Source: Paecilomyces variotii
Lineage: Eukaryota
Strand: one strand, 5' to 3'
Length of the DNA stretch: 64,000 nucleotides
Assembly (NCBI GenBank): GCA_004022145.1
Contig: RCNU01000020.1
Shown here: positions 50,749 to 63,238 of the stretch, in pieces
Position numbering within the stretch: position 1 is the first letter of the stretch
Layout: each line of letters starts with the position of its first letter
The notes under the pieces: model-generated
Seen by the model: only the letters and a program-made list of their open reading frames with translations
What the model was told of the DNA's origin: nothing
Databases searched by the model: none
Program-made: the position numbers and the translations under genes

Positions 50749-52387
50749 ATACGATTCAACTGCTAGCGACTAAACTAATTTCCGGCGATGTTTTTGGTAT
50801 ATACGCTTCTGTCCACTGCGCGGTTTGTTTCTCTGCACGATCGGACTATGTTCTCCATACAGCTCGTTGGGCCTTGGAGGTCATGATTACTTTGTCTCGG
50901 TGTTGTGTTGCGTCGTGTACTGCATGGTCTGGGAGTTTGTGTGTACGATGCCCTCTTGCGAGGGTTGGTTGGATTGGGTTGGCTTTTCAGGCCGTGATTC
51001 GAGCTTTGATTTCTTTTCCCTTGCATGCCTGCTTCTCGATATAGAGGTTCGGGTTCACATAGAGAGACGTCGCCCTTCACAGGGAGATGGTTGCAAAGAA
51101 AAGCAGAAAGGAACTCCACTCCGGGAAATAAATCCCTTCATTACTATGTCTTGTTTACATATATAACTCTTTTACTCTTTTGATCACGGAGTGGATATAG
51201 AACACTGCAGAGAGTTTGAGGTAGTTACTGATGATATGTAATGAATTTTGTATGCGGATATAGTCTAAGCCGTCCATCCGTATCCAAATTGGAGTCGTGC
51301 ACATAGCATTCAGTAGCGCCAATGAAATTCTATCTGAACTTCTGTCATCAGAAAAAAAAATACAATCTTCTATCATCTCATAGCGGACCGATAATTACAA
51401 ATGATCACGGCTTTCTCAGAACGAGACGTCGATAGCGCCCTATGTTTACATATTAGAACGTCAAGATAGACACAGATAAGACAGAATAGATTTTCCCCAT
51501 ATTATTTGTCCGCGCACAAATGAATGCGCAGGTGATCTGCTATATCATCCGTTTGCAGCTGGTTCTCTAATCATATGGTGATTATAGAGTAGAGCCTACC
51601 AGATCGGTCAGATCGAGATTCCTCGTATGCTATAAGAGACATATATGGGATCAATCCATCTCCCCTAGCTGGATTTAGAGTCAAGTAAGTAAGCAAGCAG
51701 CAACCTAGCAACGTGGCTAGGCGGTTCCAGTTATCATTGCTTCCATGCCCGTTAGGATTCGATATCATCTAGTCACTGGCTTCGACCTTGTGCGGATATG
51801 TTGTATAAATAGCTTCCACTCAGTAGGAAAGGTACGAGAGAGAGACAGTTTTGAACAGAATATATACAGATGGTACTGGTTTGATATCATGTATCGTTAT
51901 ACTGTCCCATAGAAGCCTTTATGATTGCTATTGGACACTTTCATTCATTGTTGAAGAATATCCTTCATATAAAACAGAAGTATGATACACCTTTCTGGAA
52001 GTTTTATATCTCTGCGAATAGGAGTTGCCAGAAGGGGATTTTATACACTCTCCCAATCGGAGCACATGGATCTATAGTCAGGAACAGGACAGGGCCTTGA
52101 AGAGTCTGGATCGTCTGGGACTTGATAGTGTGTCTCTTTACAGCTCAGAGCTGTTCTCTTTTGGCATCTTGCCTGTCAAATAGTTCTTCTGGGATGGATC
52201 CTGTGGCTGGAAGACTGTATTTCATTGCTTGCGAGCTTGCCCAGTGATGCGATTTCTTCTAATATAAGATAAGATATATGCATCTGCAAGGATGTATTGC
52301 AGCATCCAGAGCTGCGGTCATATCAACACTTTTATCTAACTATCTATAGAGCATTGATAGCTTCCGCACAACTGGCTGCTCTGATTC

Positions 52388-52416
52388 GTTTTTTTTTTTT
52401 TTTTTTTTTTTTTTTT
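52388..52416 (+). repeat. Poly(T) tract, followed by (GCATA)/(GCATG) repeats near 52543-52605
   Basis: Read directly from the sequence. Confidence 0.85.
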
Positions 52417-55212
52417 GTGCTTTACAACCGAGGTAGGCCATATTTGACTACTCTCCATATTCGGATTGCGCAGTGGACATTCTCGGAGTTCATATGACAT
52501 CTTACCTTCCGATTAGGGTGCCTGGAAAGGCACGATTGACATGGCATAGCATAGCATAGCATACTCTAGCATGAACATGAGCATGGCATGGCATGACATG
52601 ACATGAACCGGATAGTGCATTGCATCGCACAAACAATCCTATTATCCTGCTGCTTTGCGTCAGCGAGTCGAGTCAAGATGAAGCGACAAAGTGTAGAAGA
52701 AAGTTCGGTCATGCCCAACGTGGAGCTTCGTCCCGGTTGAAGGCGGACGGTTCGGGTACCCAACAAGCTAAAAGGGTTCGGATCCATGGAACGGGAAAAG
52801 TTAGGGATCGCGATCTACTTTGGTAAAACAACCTAATCATGTTCGCTGCTTCTACTCTATCCGCCGTTTCGAGTTTGTTAGATGCGGCGGTCTGCTGCTG
52901 GCTTTGCTGGTTGTTTTGTTTGGGGGTTACCGGAGACGGTTCGGTCAAGTAGATGAATATGACGACAGTGACATGCTGTGTTCGCGTGATGGCTGTGATC
53001 ACCGCAACAGAGTTCTTGAATCTTGAATTCTTCTCGTAGAGAAGAGGTGCCTTGGATCATCCTCGAGGAGTGAGTTGGTCAATGGACAGCTCTGCTGCGT
53101 GGCCGTACGGGTTGTCCCTTGAAGATGGCCATCCATATCCAGACAATACCTACCTCGCTGTTCAGCCGCTACTACTGTAACAGTTAACTACCTACTTGGT
53201 GCATTCTGCACGTCTCCAGTCCTGGACGTCGTAAAGGTCGAAACGCATCTCTCCGGCACTTTTATGATTGGCTCCTTGAAGTCCTTCTAGAATCCACCTG
53301 TCTGGAGTCAGAGCCATGGCACCACGAGATTGGATGCTTACCACGCTGACAGTTCGCATATGGAAGCATCACTTTGAACTCTGAACCTACAAAATCGGGC
53401 GCAGCACTCCCACCTGCACGGGTCTGATGGAGACAATCGAATCAATGCTATCACGGCAGTCAGAGCCTCGCTGTCGGTAAGTCCACGCGCCGATAGAGAC
53501 GCCGGTGTTCGTGGGAAAAGTCGCTACAAGGAGGAGTGGACGAGTGAGGTCGTCCCATATCGACATCAATCCTGCTTCGTGAATAATCCGATGTCGAGAT
53601 CTACTACCTTCAACAGGGCAGGTTGGCTGCGTGCCATGTGCATGGTCGGATTGGGACAGATAGCTTAACCGTCATATCGAATTATCAATGCGCGCGATAT
53701 CCGATCGATAGTAATTAAGGATCCGACCATGTCGAGTCTATTGCGCCGCCGGGCGTGCAAGAGCAAGCGCGCAGAGCAGGCATCACCACGCCTATTCCGT
53801 ACCGACCCGTGGCATAGACCAACCATTGCGGGTAAGGCTCGAGAGACGATGCTGCAGAAGGTTGCTTAATGGAGAGCCGTAGTCATCCTCTGCTGTTCTG
53901 GAGGGCTACCTCTTCCTTTAGGGCCCGCAGCAAGAGGGGAAATGGACCCCAATCGTAATTGGAGCCAGCACATGGGTACGACTAACAGGCTAACGCAGCC
54001 GCCAACAGGGAGGAGTCGACGTCCCTTAAATCCCGATGAGCCCAACGCAGCCAGCTTGGGCGAGTCGCAAATCAGCGGAGAGACGATGGTCCTGAGCGGC
54101 AACGGTAAGAGATCCGGAGGGGCTGCCAATATTCCTGGGAAATTCGGCCTGGTGGTGGTGGCAGTGGGATCTGAGCAGATCGGAAGGCTGTCGAGGGACT
54201 GGTTGGCCGGTAGACAGGAAGAAAACGGACACAGCAGAACAGTAGAGTGATATCAGGAGCTCCGTTAGGGCGATCAACTGAGGACAACACAATTGCCCGT
54301 TAATTATATCGTCGTTCCCCCAAGGCGTTGTTGTCCTCCTCTGGTGGTCGAGGGACAAGCCCAGTCTTTCCCATCTATCACCCGGTGAACCAGTCGACCC
54401 CGAACCATCGTGGTTCAGCCGCTCCGCGTCGAACGTGAAGAGAGAAGAGAGAGCATAAGAGAAGACGAGCGTCAAGCAGCGGAGGAATCTGGATGCTGGC
54501 CATCTTGTCTCTCTCTTCGTCGAATCTTCCGCCGAGTATCGCTGGTCCTTACACTTGTCTGCCTCGAGCAATACCACTGCGTCCGTGGTGTCTCTCTTCG
54601 ATATCGTTAATCATATAAATAGTCATTGATTGATTGATTGATTGATTGATTCGACTCAACTAGCTTCTTCTGATTATTTATTCTGGTGGTGATCGCCCCC
54701 AGGCTGTGCGGGCGGTGAAAGGCCAGAAACTCCTCCGCCTTCTGCCTTAACACGATTTGCTCTTTCGCTCCCCGACATCGCCAGCCTGACCACAGCCTCC
54801 TTTTTTTATTCTTTCTGCCTTTCTCACCGTCTCTTCCCAATTTTCCGTCTTCCTCGATTCTCCCCTGCCTCCATGCCGTTTGTATCCTTCTTGACCGTGG
54901 TCGCGCAGTCTAACAGCAGATAGCGGCCCCCGCGCCTGTGCTACTTACTTGGGCAGAAAAGGTGACGACGGGACACACCGACTGTGCGGCTGCTGGTGTA
55001 GAATATCTATCCCTGACACGGACAGAGAGAAGAAAAAAAAAATCTCATCGCTCCCATGTGCTGCTGACTCAATAGGCAGGCACATAAGCTCTGTCTTGGG
55101 CTAGTGACCGCCTTGAACTTCCTATGGACGCATTGCAGCGCGCACAAGTTATTGTCCCAGTCATCATTCCCCGCGCGGCGGACGGACCTGCACTCGTGGA
55201 GACTTCAGCCAA

Positions 55213-57876
55213 ATGGCCATATCAATTGCAGACTCCACGAGCAGTCGGTCACAGCCTTTAAGCTTGCCGGACCTAGCCAAGGCCTTGCCCCCCAAGCAGA
55301 GCATGTGGCAGCGTTTGGGGTTCGGTTTTGGCCGATGGCTGGGTCGGGACGATAGTAATTCGAATTCGCGCTCCTCGTCTATCGCGCCGCAACCGAGATG
55401 CTCCGGCAACCTCTCCCGGAGAATCACCAGGAGGGTAGGCGTGAGTCTCCCCAGAGCTGCGACATTCAAGAGACAGAATTCCGAACGACGGGACCGTTTG
55501 GCCCCAGTTGACCCAAGTCCCCGCCGCGCCGTTTCCGCGGACCGTCGCCCGACCCAGAGTGCACAGCGGACGAGTTCTCCACAGCCCACAGTGGCTGCTA
55601 GACTGTCCGCCCCGGAGGTCCAGTGCTGCGATGAGGACCATCCCCCGGAACCGGCACTTGATGAGAGTCTCGAACGGGAAGAAGAAGAGGAGGAGGCGGA
55701 GGAAGAGGAGGAACTCAGCGAGCTGGTGCCAGAGTCAACGGCCGTTACGGAGGCCACCGAAGTAGCGGAGGGGGGTGTGGACGAGCAATTGGAGCTGGAA
55801 TTGGAAAAGAGATGGATTCTCAACCTGAGCATGCACTTCCGGGACAAGTCAGAACGAGAGAAGTTTTTCGTCACATACGCAGAAACTCCGAACCGATGGC
55901 GGCGAGTCACCGTCTCCTGCGATTACAGAGGAGCTCCGCCAGACTCTCTCGAGCAGGACTTGAAGGAATTGCACTATCAACGCGACAAGAGCGCGCGGAT
56001 CTACGAGTCGATTCGCGAGTCTCTTCCGGACATCCAATTTTATAATACTGTGACAAATCTGAAGCTGCAGACTAGCGGTGGACGCTTGCACGTTCATGTC
56101 ACCGAAGATGTCAACGAGATCATACCTTACCCGGCAGTCATTGGTGTCAGACATCTCAATACGCCACTCATTCCAGAAAGTCACCTGATCTTCGATACTC
56201 ATCTGTCAGGATTCGTCTACAAAGTTCAGCTCGGAAACAAACCATTTATCAAGAAAGAGATACCCGGACCCGATACGGTGGACGAGTTTCTCTACGAGAT
56301 AAATGCACTGCACGACCTGCAGGGTTCGCAGAGTGTGATACAGCTGGAGGGCATCATCGTGGATGACCAGATGCAGGTTGTGAAAGGTTTATTGATTGGC
56401 TTTGCTGAACAGGGCGCTCTCGTAGACATCATCTACGAACGGAGAGGAGATATCGATTGGGCCCGGAGGGAACGCTGGGCAAAGCAGATAGTCCAGGGAC
56501 TATGCGAGATCCACGAGGCTGGGTACGTGCAGGGAGACTTCACGCTCTCGAACATTGTGGTCGATGGCAACGACAACGCCAAGATCATCGACATCAACCG
56601 GAGAGGATGCCCTGTGGGCTGGGAGCCACCAGAGATTGCTACCAAGATTGAGAGTAACCAGAGGATCTCGATGTACATTGGTGTGAAGTCGGACATCTTC
56701 CAGTTAGGCATGACACTCTGGGCAATTGCCATGCAGGAAGACGAACCTGAACGGCAGAATCGGCCGCTCACATTGGATGATGATCCCGAAGTCCCGGACT
56801 GGTATAAACGGTTGGTTGCAACATGCTTGAGCAAATCACCAAAGGATAGATTATCTGCAAAGGAGCTCCTAAGTTTCTTTCCCCAGGTCTCGCGGGCTCA
56901 TCGGCCTATCTATCCTGGTAGCCCTGCACCTAGTCGGGCGTTACCGCTGGTGCAGGACCATGCTGAGGGAGAAGCTGTGAACGTTATTGCACCCCTGCGG
57001 TCTTTCGATGTAACCAATGGACGCCCCATTAACGATATAGCGTACCTTGACCATTCAGACCTAGTTGCTTCGGAAAGCGATCCTGATCACCAGGATTACC
57101 CTCGACCTCCTCAGTTTACATCACGCCGTCCGAGTGGGTCAAACCACTACCTATCGCCTAGTCCGTTCGCCTATCCATATAACTTTCCCATGTCCAAATA
57201 CCTACCACAAGGCGAATTTGACCCACAAGTCGGCCCTCTCTTTCGCGGCCGTCAGCCTGTGCCGAGTGAACTAAGAATGAGCGATGATCAGAGCCTTCTG
57301 CAACAGGAAGCAGATGGGGCCATCCATTCTACGGGCCTCGACGACCAATCTTATGTGCAGCAAACAGAAAGCGTACGGCACTCACACGGCTCAAAGACTG
57401 CTAGAGCAACCGTTTCGGGTGTGCCCACAGATATCAACGACGAAGCTGAAATAGACCTGGATGAGACCGTGGATCCGCTATATCGCGATCGAAATTTGAT
57501 TGAAGGGGAAGGTCTCGAACCGATTCATATGGCCACTCTCCCTGGCGAACTTGCAGGTGTCGGCGCCAACCCAGCCTGTACACTTGGGCACTGTTTCTCG
57601 CAAGATGATATCGGAGATGACAAGTGCAGATCGAAACGCACATATTGTAACGAGGATCACCGGGAAAAGCCCCTCGTCAACGACTTCAAGGGAATCCGGC
57701 TCTCAGAGGTTAGATGGCCGCGCGAGACCTTCACCCCAACAAATCCATCACTTCTTGACTCGAGGCTGCCGATAAACCCCGCCTTTCGCTGGCCAGGACT
57801 CGGGTCGACCTGTCCAGCTTCATCTCTGATCAACTCGAGACTGCCTATCAATCCTGCCTTTACGACAGCGACATGA
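55213..57876 (+). CDS. Atypical fungal protein kinase (887 aa)
   Basis: HLSGFVYKV, IKKE, EFLYEINAL, QGDFTLSN catalytic loop, IDIN in place of DFG, GWEPPE and KSDIFQLG. The 5' end is uncertain. Confidence 0.88.
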   Translation: MAISIADSTSSRSQPLSLPDLAKALPPKQSMWQRLGFGFGRWLGRDDSNSNSRSSSIAPQPRCSGNLSRRITRRVGVSLPRAATFKRQNSERRDRLAPVDPSPRRAVSADRRPTQSAQRTSSPQPTVAARLSAPEVQCCDEDHPPEPALDESLEREEEEEEAEEEEELSELVPESTAVTEATEVAEGGVDEQLELELEKRWILNLSMHFRDKSEREKFFVTYAETPNRWRRVTVSCDYRGAPPDSLEQDLKELHYQRDKSARIYESIRESLPDIQFYNTVTNLKLQTSGGRLHVHVTEDVNEIIPYPAVIGVRHLNTPLIPESHLIFDTHLSGFVYKVQLGNKPFIKKEIPGPDTVDEFLYEINALHDLQGSQSVIQLEGIIVDDQMQVVKGLLIGFAEQGALVDIIYERRGDIDWARRERWAKQIVQGLCEIHEAGYVQGDFTLSNIVVDGNDNAKIIDINRRGCPVGWEPPEIATKIESNQRISMYIGVKSDIFQLGMTLWAIAMQEDEPERQNRPLTLDDDPEVPDWYKRLVATCLSKSPKDRLSAKELLSFFPQVSRAHRPIYPGSPAPSRALPLVQDHAEGEAVNVIAPLRSFDVTNGRPINDIAYLDHSDLVASESDPDHQDYPRPPQFTSRRPSGSNHYLSPSPFAYPYNFPMSKYLPQGEFDPQVGPLFRGRQPVPSELRMSDDQSLLQQEADGAIHSTGLDDQSYVQQTESVRHSHGSKTARATVSGVPTDINDEAEIDLDETVDPLYRDRNLIEGEGLEPIHMATLPGELAGVGANPACTLGHCFSQDDIGDDKCRSKRTYCNEDHREKPLVNDFKGIRLSEVRWPRETFTPTNPSLLDSRLPINPAFRWPGLGSTCPASSLINSRLPINPAFTTAT

Positions 57877-59817
57877 CATGCTTTTGAGTCGATTGTGCAC
57901 GGTGAAAGTATTAAGCCTGGGGCTACATTGCTTGGTTGATCCTAACAGCCGGTTGACCGACTATATCATGCGATTGTGAAATGAAGAACCTGGCACGAGT
58001 CTAATTGCGACTTCGTCTCCATATCCGATTACGACATACCAACGCCGTTTGATACCCATTGATGACTCTTTTCAGCTACATACCGGAAGTACACGATTTT
58101 TTGTTATAAATTCATATTCCGGCAACGAATCTGATATTCTGCGACACCATTTGATTAGCCAGACAGGCAGGGAAGGAGTCCGGGTGCTTGATTTAAGGTT
58201 CTCTTCTCTACGGGGCTATGCATGGACGGGCGATCCGGTAGCAGTTCCTCTATAGTCCGTACACAACCAGGACTATACACGTCTTTTTACTGTTGGCTCA
58301 TCTTAATGGCATGCATTATCGAATTGTCTATATTTGCATTTTGCTTTGCCTACGTTTGTTCGCGATGTTAGACAGTTGAGTCGAAACAGGAGAAGCACCA
58401 CACTGCTCATCTATGGCTCCCGTTAAACTTCGCGAGTGGCTTTTGATACGCGTTCGTATTGTACACGACGTATATCAGCCGTAAAGCTTCTGCTTTCACC
58501 CGACCTGTATTAACCTTATAGCCTTGATTATCCGATTTGACCCACCAACCGCCTGCTCTCCGTTTCGATGCTGTCAACAACTGACAAGACACGCCTCCTT
58601 CACGAAGACAGTCGCATGCATTGCTTACGAACACCAAAACAAGACCAAAAACAACTCAAGAAAAGCGACGCGCAAGCATAGCCGAATCCAAACGGCAAAA
58701 CCATTACGATTACGAATTTTGTTTCTGTTCTTCGCCGTTTCTCTTCTTTTCCTTTCTTATCTCTTTGTCTACGTTAAGATATTTTTTGGGACATATTGCC
58801 TTGGGTAGTTTTGGGTGCTTTTTCTTTCTCTTCTTCTCTGTTGCTATTTATTTTCTAACCTTTTTCTTTTCTCTCACGATATGAATGATGCATAGTTTGG
58901 ATATGTTGGTTTTCTGGTCGATTTATATATGTATGATACGATATACCAATGACACATCATGAGATCTAGTACTTTTGTGGGAATCTAAGACCACGGAAGC
59001 AAAAGTATTATAATGTCATTTAAGACTCTATCCTATTCCTGAGAATTTCCCAATTGCGACGTGTTCTGGTTTGATCCTATATTGGTGGAATTGGGTGGCT
59101 TCACGTTGTTTATTTCATACCCTTTATATAAGGCAGTAGTGGCCTTTTGCAGCTCGCCTCCTTTGAAGCCGTGAGCGCCCACAACTTTCCCGTATCTCTT
59201 GTCTCAGTCTGATGGTTGTCTTCAGGTGCAAGATTATATATACCCAAACTCTAGGTTTAGAAACACGAGGTCCCTTCCGAAGTCCGGTCTATCCAGATTC
59301 CAGATATATAGATCAAGATGAAGGACGTAGAGATAAAAAATAGCTATTTTATAGCACATAAGTTATTCGTTTTCTGATTTCGATTCCAATAAATTTCCGA
59401 TTCCCAGTTTAAGAGATATAAGTGGTAATAATAATAATACAGAAATTCAAACGCCTTTCATCCATTCCCTTTGCGGGCGCAATAAATAGCCTTGGCTTTC
59501 TGCCCTAAAGTGACAAAAAGCGAATACGAATAAGTTCTCAAGGCGAAGCCGCACGGTCCTTCCTTTTTTTTTGCAGATTGTGCTGATCCTGAATCAAAGA
59601 TGCCATGCCATGCCGTACCATGCATAGAAACCCGAGTATGTTGAAGAATACAAGATGAGAAGATAGACAAGGTATTTGAACTTTCTCCAGTGAAGAGGGG
59701 TATTACAAAAAGGCTAGGGGAGAAAGATCCGTACAACGTGAAAGATATCATCCAGGCGACAAAGGAGGAAAGCAATATATCTTTCCCGTGTAGTACTCGT
59801 TGCTTTTGTTTGTCCTG

Positions 59818-61329
59818 TTATGACTCTGTCTGAGGTTCTGAGGCATGATCCGTATCAGATTTCGTCTCACTTTCTGCCTCAAGTTCAGCTGCAGGATTTT
59901 TGTCGTTGTTATCCGCGACTGGAGTTGAGATCTCGGTTTCGGTTTCAGTTTCGCTATTCTCGGCTTTCGATGGTCCCTCTGATTCGGCTTCAGGGTCTGG
60001 AAGGTCTATTGTTTCTCGTTCCTCTGGATCAGGTGCTGGTTCTCCAAGTGCGGATGTTTCTGTTTCTGTTTCCTCTCTTGTTGTCGACTTATCGGGGGTA
60101 GCATCGGTAGAATCCTCCTGCGCCGGTTTTTCTGCTGGTTCTGGAGCAGACTCTGGACGATTATCTGCAACTGATGGCTCCTTTTCGGTGTCCTCAGCAT
60201 GTGGCAAATCTTCCGTGTCCTCACTATCCTCCGCGATCGTTGTGACGGCGGAGCCAGTCGACGGGTTGTGCTTGTGACGCCGTGTGGTGGCACCTGTGCT
60301 GATCGAGGATGGTTCAAGCTCTGTGTACTGAGGGGGGTCATCACTGTCCTTGCGTAGGATCGTCAACCGGCGCGAGTCATCTCTATCTTCTTTAACCGCC
60401 GGTTTAGGGTACGCATCCGGCCCTTCAGCTTCCGGGGGGACAGTATAATTATCTTCCGGGATAAGGTGATATACGTCGCAGACAGTCTTGAAGAAGACAT
60501 AGAGACCGTCGTGCCCTTCGACTTGCCAAAACACATCCCGGTGCTGGAACCAAGCATGCGCGAAGATACGATACAAACGACGAAAGATGTTCGTCAGGTG
60601 TCTCATACTTGCTTGAGGTCCACCAGCGGACTCTGAACCCAACGTTAAGCGGCTTGGAAAGTACTTCGGAGATGTGAGGATGTTAGTTGCCCAATCGAGT
60701 GTGTGGCAGCAGTAGTCGATGGCGCAGCAGGACTTGGGCGGATCATGGACGGCGCAGAGGTACTGCCACTCAGAGGCGCGCATCTCAGCACACGTCTGAG
60801 ATGAACACGGAGGGTCTTCGGCGAAGAATGCGATAATGAGGTTATTCACTTTCATGGTAAGGAAGCGGCATAGTTCGTAGAGCCAGAGGGATCGCTCAAC
60901 GCCCTCTGGTGGTTCAGCGAGATACATAGCGACGTCGCGGGTTATCGGAACAACCGTTCGTGAGCTATCCGGTTTGGTACAACTGTGATAGAGCGCCTTC
61001 AAGTGCTCCTGCAACTGGAACGGTGAATCGAGCTGATGTGATACGTCCGGAGTTAGCGTTATCGTTTCAATCTGTATGTCGTGGCCAAAACAAACCTGCG
61101 ATAACGGGATCAATGGCGGTCCTGATGCCATATCAGCAGCCTTTGTACCCGGACGAATCCTCCGCATCGACGCATCATCTGCCTGTTGCGTAGCACCCAG
61201 CAGTTTCTCCCCAGCATTGCCGAATGGCTCTCCAACCGTAGGAGACTTGGGGCCGATCTGGACCTCCGTGAACGGCGGAGGACTGGGGAGTCGGGGAGAG
61301 CTCGAAGGAGAGACTCCCGCAGCAGCCAT
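59818..61329 (-). CDS. mob3: MOB3/phocein (MOB4-type, STRIPAK subunit), ~482 aa from ATG 61329; intron 61033-61095
   Basis: SPRLPSPPPF, RRIRPGTK, LWLYELCR, EMRASEWQYLCAVH, CCAIDYCCHTLD, RRLYRIFAHAWF and an acidic tail. Upstream in-frame ATGs exist at 61467, 61509 and 61575. Confidence 0.9.
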   Translation of the reverse strand: MAAAGVSPSSSPRLPSPPPFTEVQIGPKSPTVGEPFGNAGEKLLGATQQADDASMRRIRPGTKAADMASGPPLIPLSQVCFGHDIQIETITLTPDVSHQLDSPFQLQEHLKALYHSCTKPDSSRTVVPITRDVAMYLAEPPEGVERSLWLYELCRFLTMKVNNLIIAFFAEDPPCSSQTCAEMRASEWQYLCAVHDPPKSCCAIDYCCHTLDWATNILTSPKYFPSRLTLGSESAGGPQASMRHLTNIFRRLYRIFAHAWFQHRDVFWQVEGHDGLYVFFKTVCDVYHLIPEDNYTVPPEAEGPDAYPKPAVKEDRDDSRRLTILRKDSDDPPQYTELEPSSISTGATTRRHKHNPSTGSAVTTIAEDSEDTEDLPHAEDTEKEPSVADNRPESAPEPAEKPAQEDSTDATPDKSTTREETETETSALGEPAPDPEERETIDLPDPEAESEGPSKAENSETETETEISTPVADNNDKNPAAELEAESETKSDTDHASEPQTES

Positions 61330-61616
61330 GACGGAGACAGCCACGGCCTTGAGATCGGGGAAAAGAGCGCGGTGATCGCGAGGAAAGTCGACGTCGAAGT
61401 CGAGATCGGGACCGTCCACGTCGAAGTCATCATCCTCCGGCGCGTCGTAGAGACCCCAGTCCGCCATAGCCCTAAGCCCTAACACGCCGCCGCTTGGGGC
61501 AAACGTCATATACAGTAGTAAGCCGGCTCCAAGAGGATAAGTAAAAGGAACACTCCGACTAGCAACTGTCTGCATTCACTGAAGTCCTAGTTTTCTTGTA
61601 AACAGAACGTGTCAGG

Positions 61617-63238
61617 ATGGATCCAGTCATCGAGGATGATGACAGCCCACCAGAACTGGTCGACGTCGCTGCTCTTCCTGACTCGGGAAAGCCCGACTCG
61701 CAGTCGACTTTGGACGAGCATCCAGGGTTCAATCGCGTTCCGATTACGCTGGTCACTGGTATGAGACAGAACCCCGCAGCTGTTGGCACTATATGAACAC
61801 TTATGGCCGTCATCATGTGCGGCTGTCGAATGAATTCACTGACCATGACTGCGTAGGCTACTTGGGCGCGGGCAAGACAACTCTGCTGAACTATATCTTG
61901 AAAGAGAAGCATGGCAAGAAGATTGCCGTCATTATGAATGGTGCGTTTTCCTTCTTTTAAAACAAGGTCCTGGCATCATTAACTTATGTTATTTAGAATT
62001 TGGAGACTGTATGTCGTTCCCGCATCGCATATTGTAATCCATGATAGACATTCGGCTTCTCGGCTCTTGGGCCTTTTATTACACTTGCGCTAACCGGGCT
62101 ACTTGGACCTCCAGCAAGCGACATAGAGAAGCCATTAACAGTTAATGAAGGTGGTAAGGAAGTCACTGAATGGTTGGATGTGGGAAACGGCTGTATTTGT
62201 TGCTCAGTCAAGTAGATGATCCCACCTCCATTCCCTTGCCTGTTGAGGGTCATGACTTTTTGTCCTCTGAGGGTTTCACCTCGGGCTAACGTTTCAACAG
62301 AGACTCCGGTGTTATGGCAATAGAATCGCTGATGGAACGGCGCGGCACATTTGACTACATCCTGCTCGAGACCACAGGACTAGCTGATCCAGGCAATATT
62401 GCTCCGCTGTTCTGGGTAGACGATAACCTTGGTAGTTCTATATACCTAGACGGTATTGTGACCCTAGTCGATTCCAAGAACATATTACGTCTTCTCGACG
62501 CTCCAGCTCCGGAAGAGATGGTATCAGCCCATGAGCCAAACGATACTCATGCTCACAGCGGGCCTGTTCTTAGCATGGCCCATCTGCAGATCTCACATGC
62601 GGATGTGATCGTTTTGAACAAAGCAGATCTTGTAACCCCAGATGAGCTTGAAAGGGTCCGGGATCGAATTACTGCCATCAACAGTGCTGCTAAGATTCAC
62701 GTTACCGACCACAGCAGAACGCCGCAGATTGAGGGGGTGGTACTGGATCTGCATGCGTACGATAATCTGGCAAATGTCGACTTCGAATTTGGCCAGAAGG
62801 GCCATGGACATATTGATCCCGTAAGTCACCATGGTCTATGTATAGCCGTTCAATGACTACTAATGCGGTAATATACAGGCTATCTCCACGATGTCCATCA
62901 CTACATCGCCGATCCCACCTTCTAAAGTCCCCGTCGTAGACGCCTGGCTTCGATCGGTCCTATGGGACAATGTCCTTCCATCTCCGGAACAGTCCACGGG
63001 ATCCGCTCCTCATTCCAATGACTTCGAGATCCATCGTCTCAAGGGAATTCTTGCTTTGGACAACGGATCATTCCAGATCATCCAAGCGGTGAGAGAGGTC
63101 TTTGAAATCCGAGACGCGGATGTGAAGAAAGAGACTCCCGCTCAATGCAAGATTGTATTGATTGGAACAGGTCTTGGAACTAGTGCAGAGCCCTGGCAGA
63201 GAAGCTTCGAGAGCTTCCTTGAGAAAGATGGTAGATGA
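61617..63238 (+). CDS. COG0523/CobW-family zinc metallochaperone GTPase (Zng1-like), ~404 aa; exons 61617-61758, 61857-61940, 61997-62008, 62115-62211, 62301-62820, 62879-63238
   Basis: N-terminal [26 protein letters not shown] (CxCC), [13 protein letters not shown] and the CobW_C motif HRLKG. Confidence 0.92.

Noticed and set aside
55164..55910. 248-aa antisense ORF
   Set aside because: Shadow of the kinase's low-complexity N-terminus.
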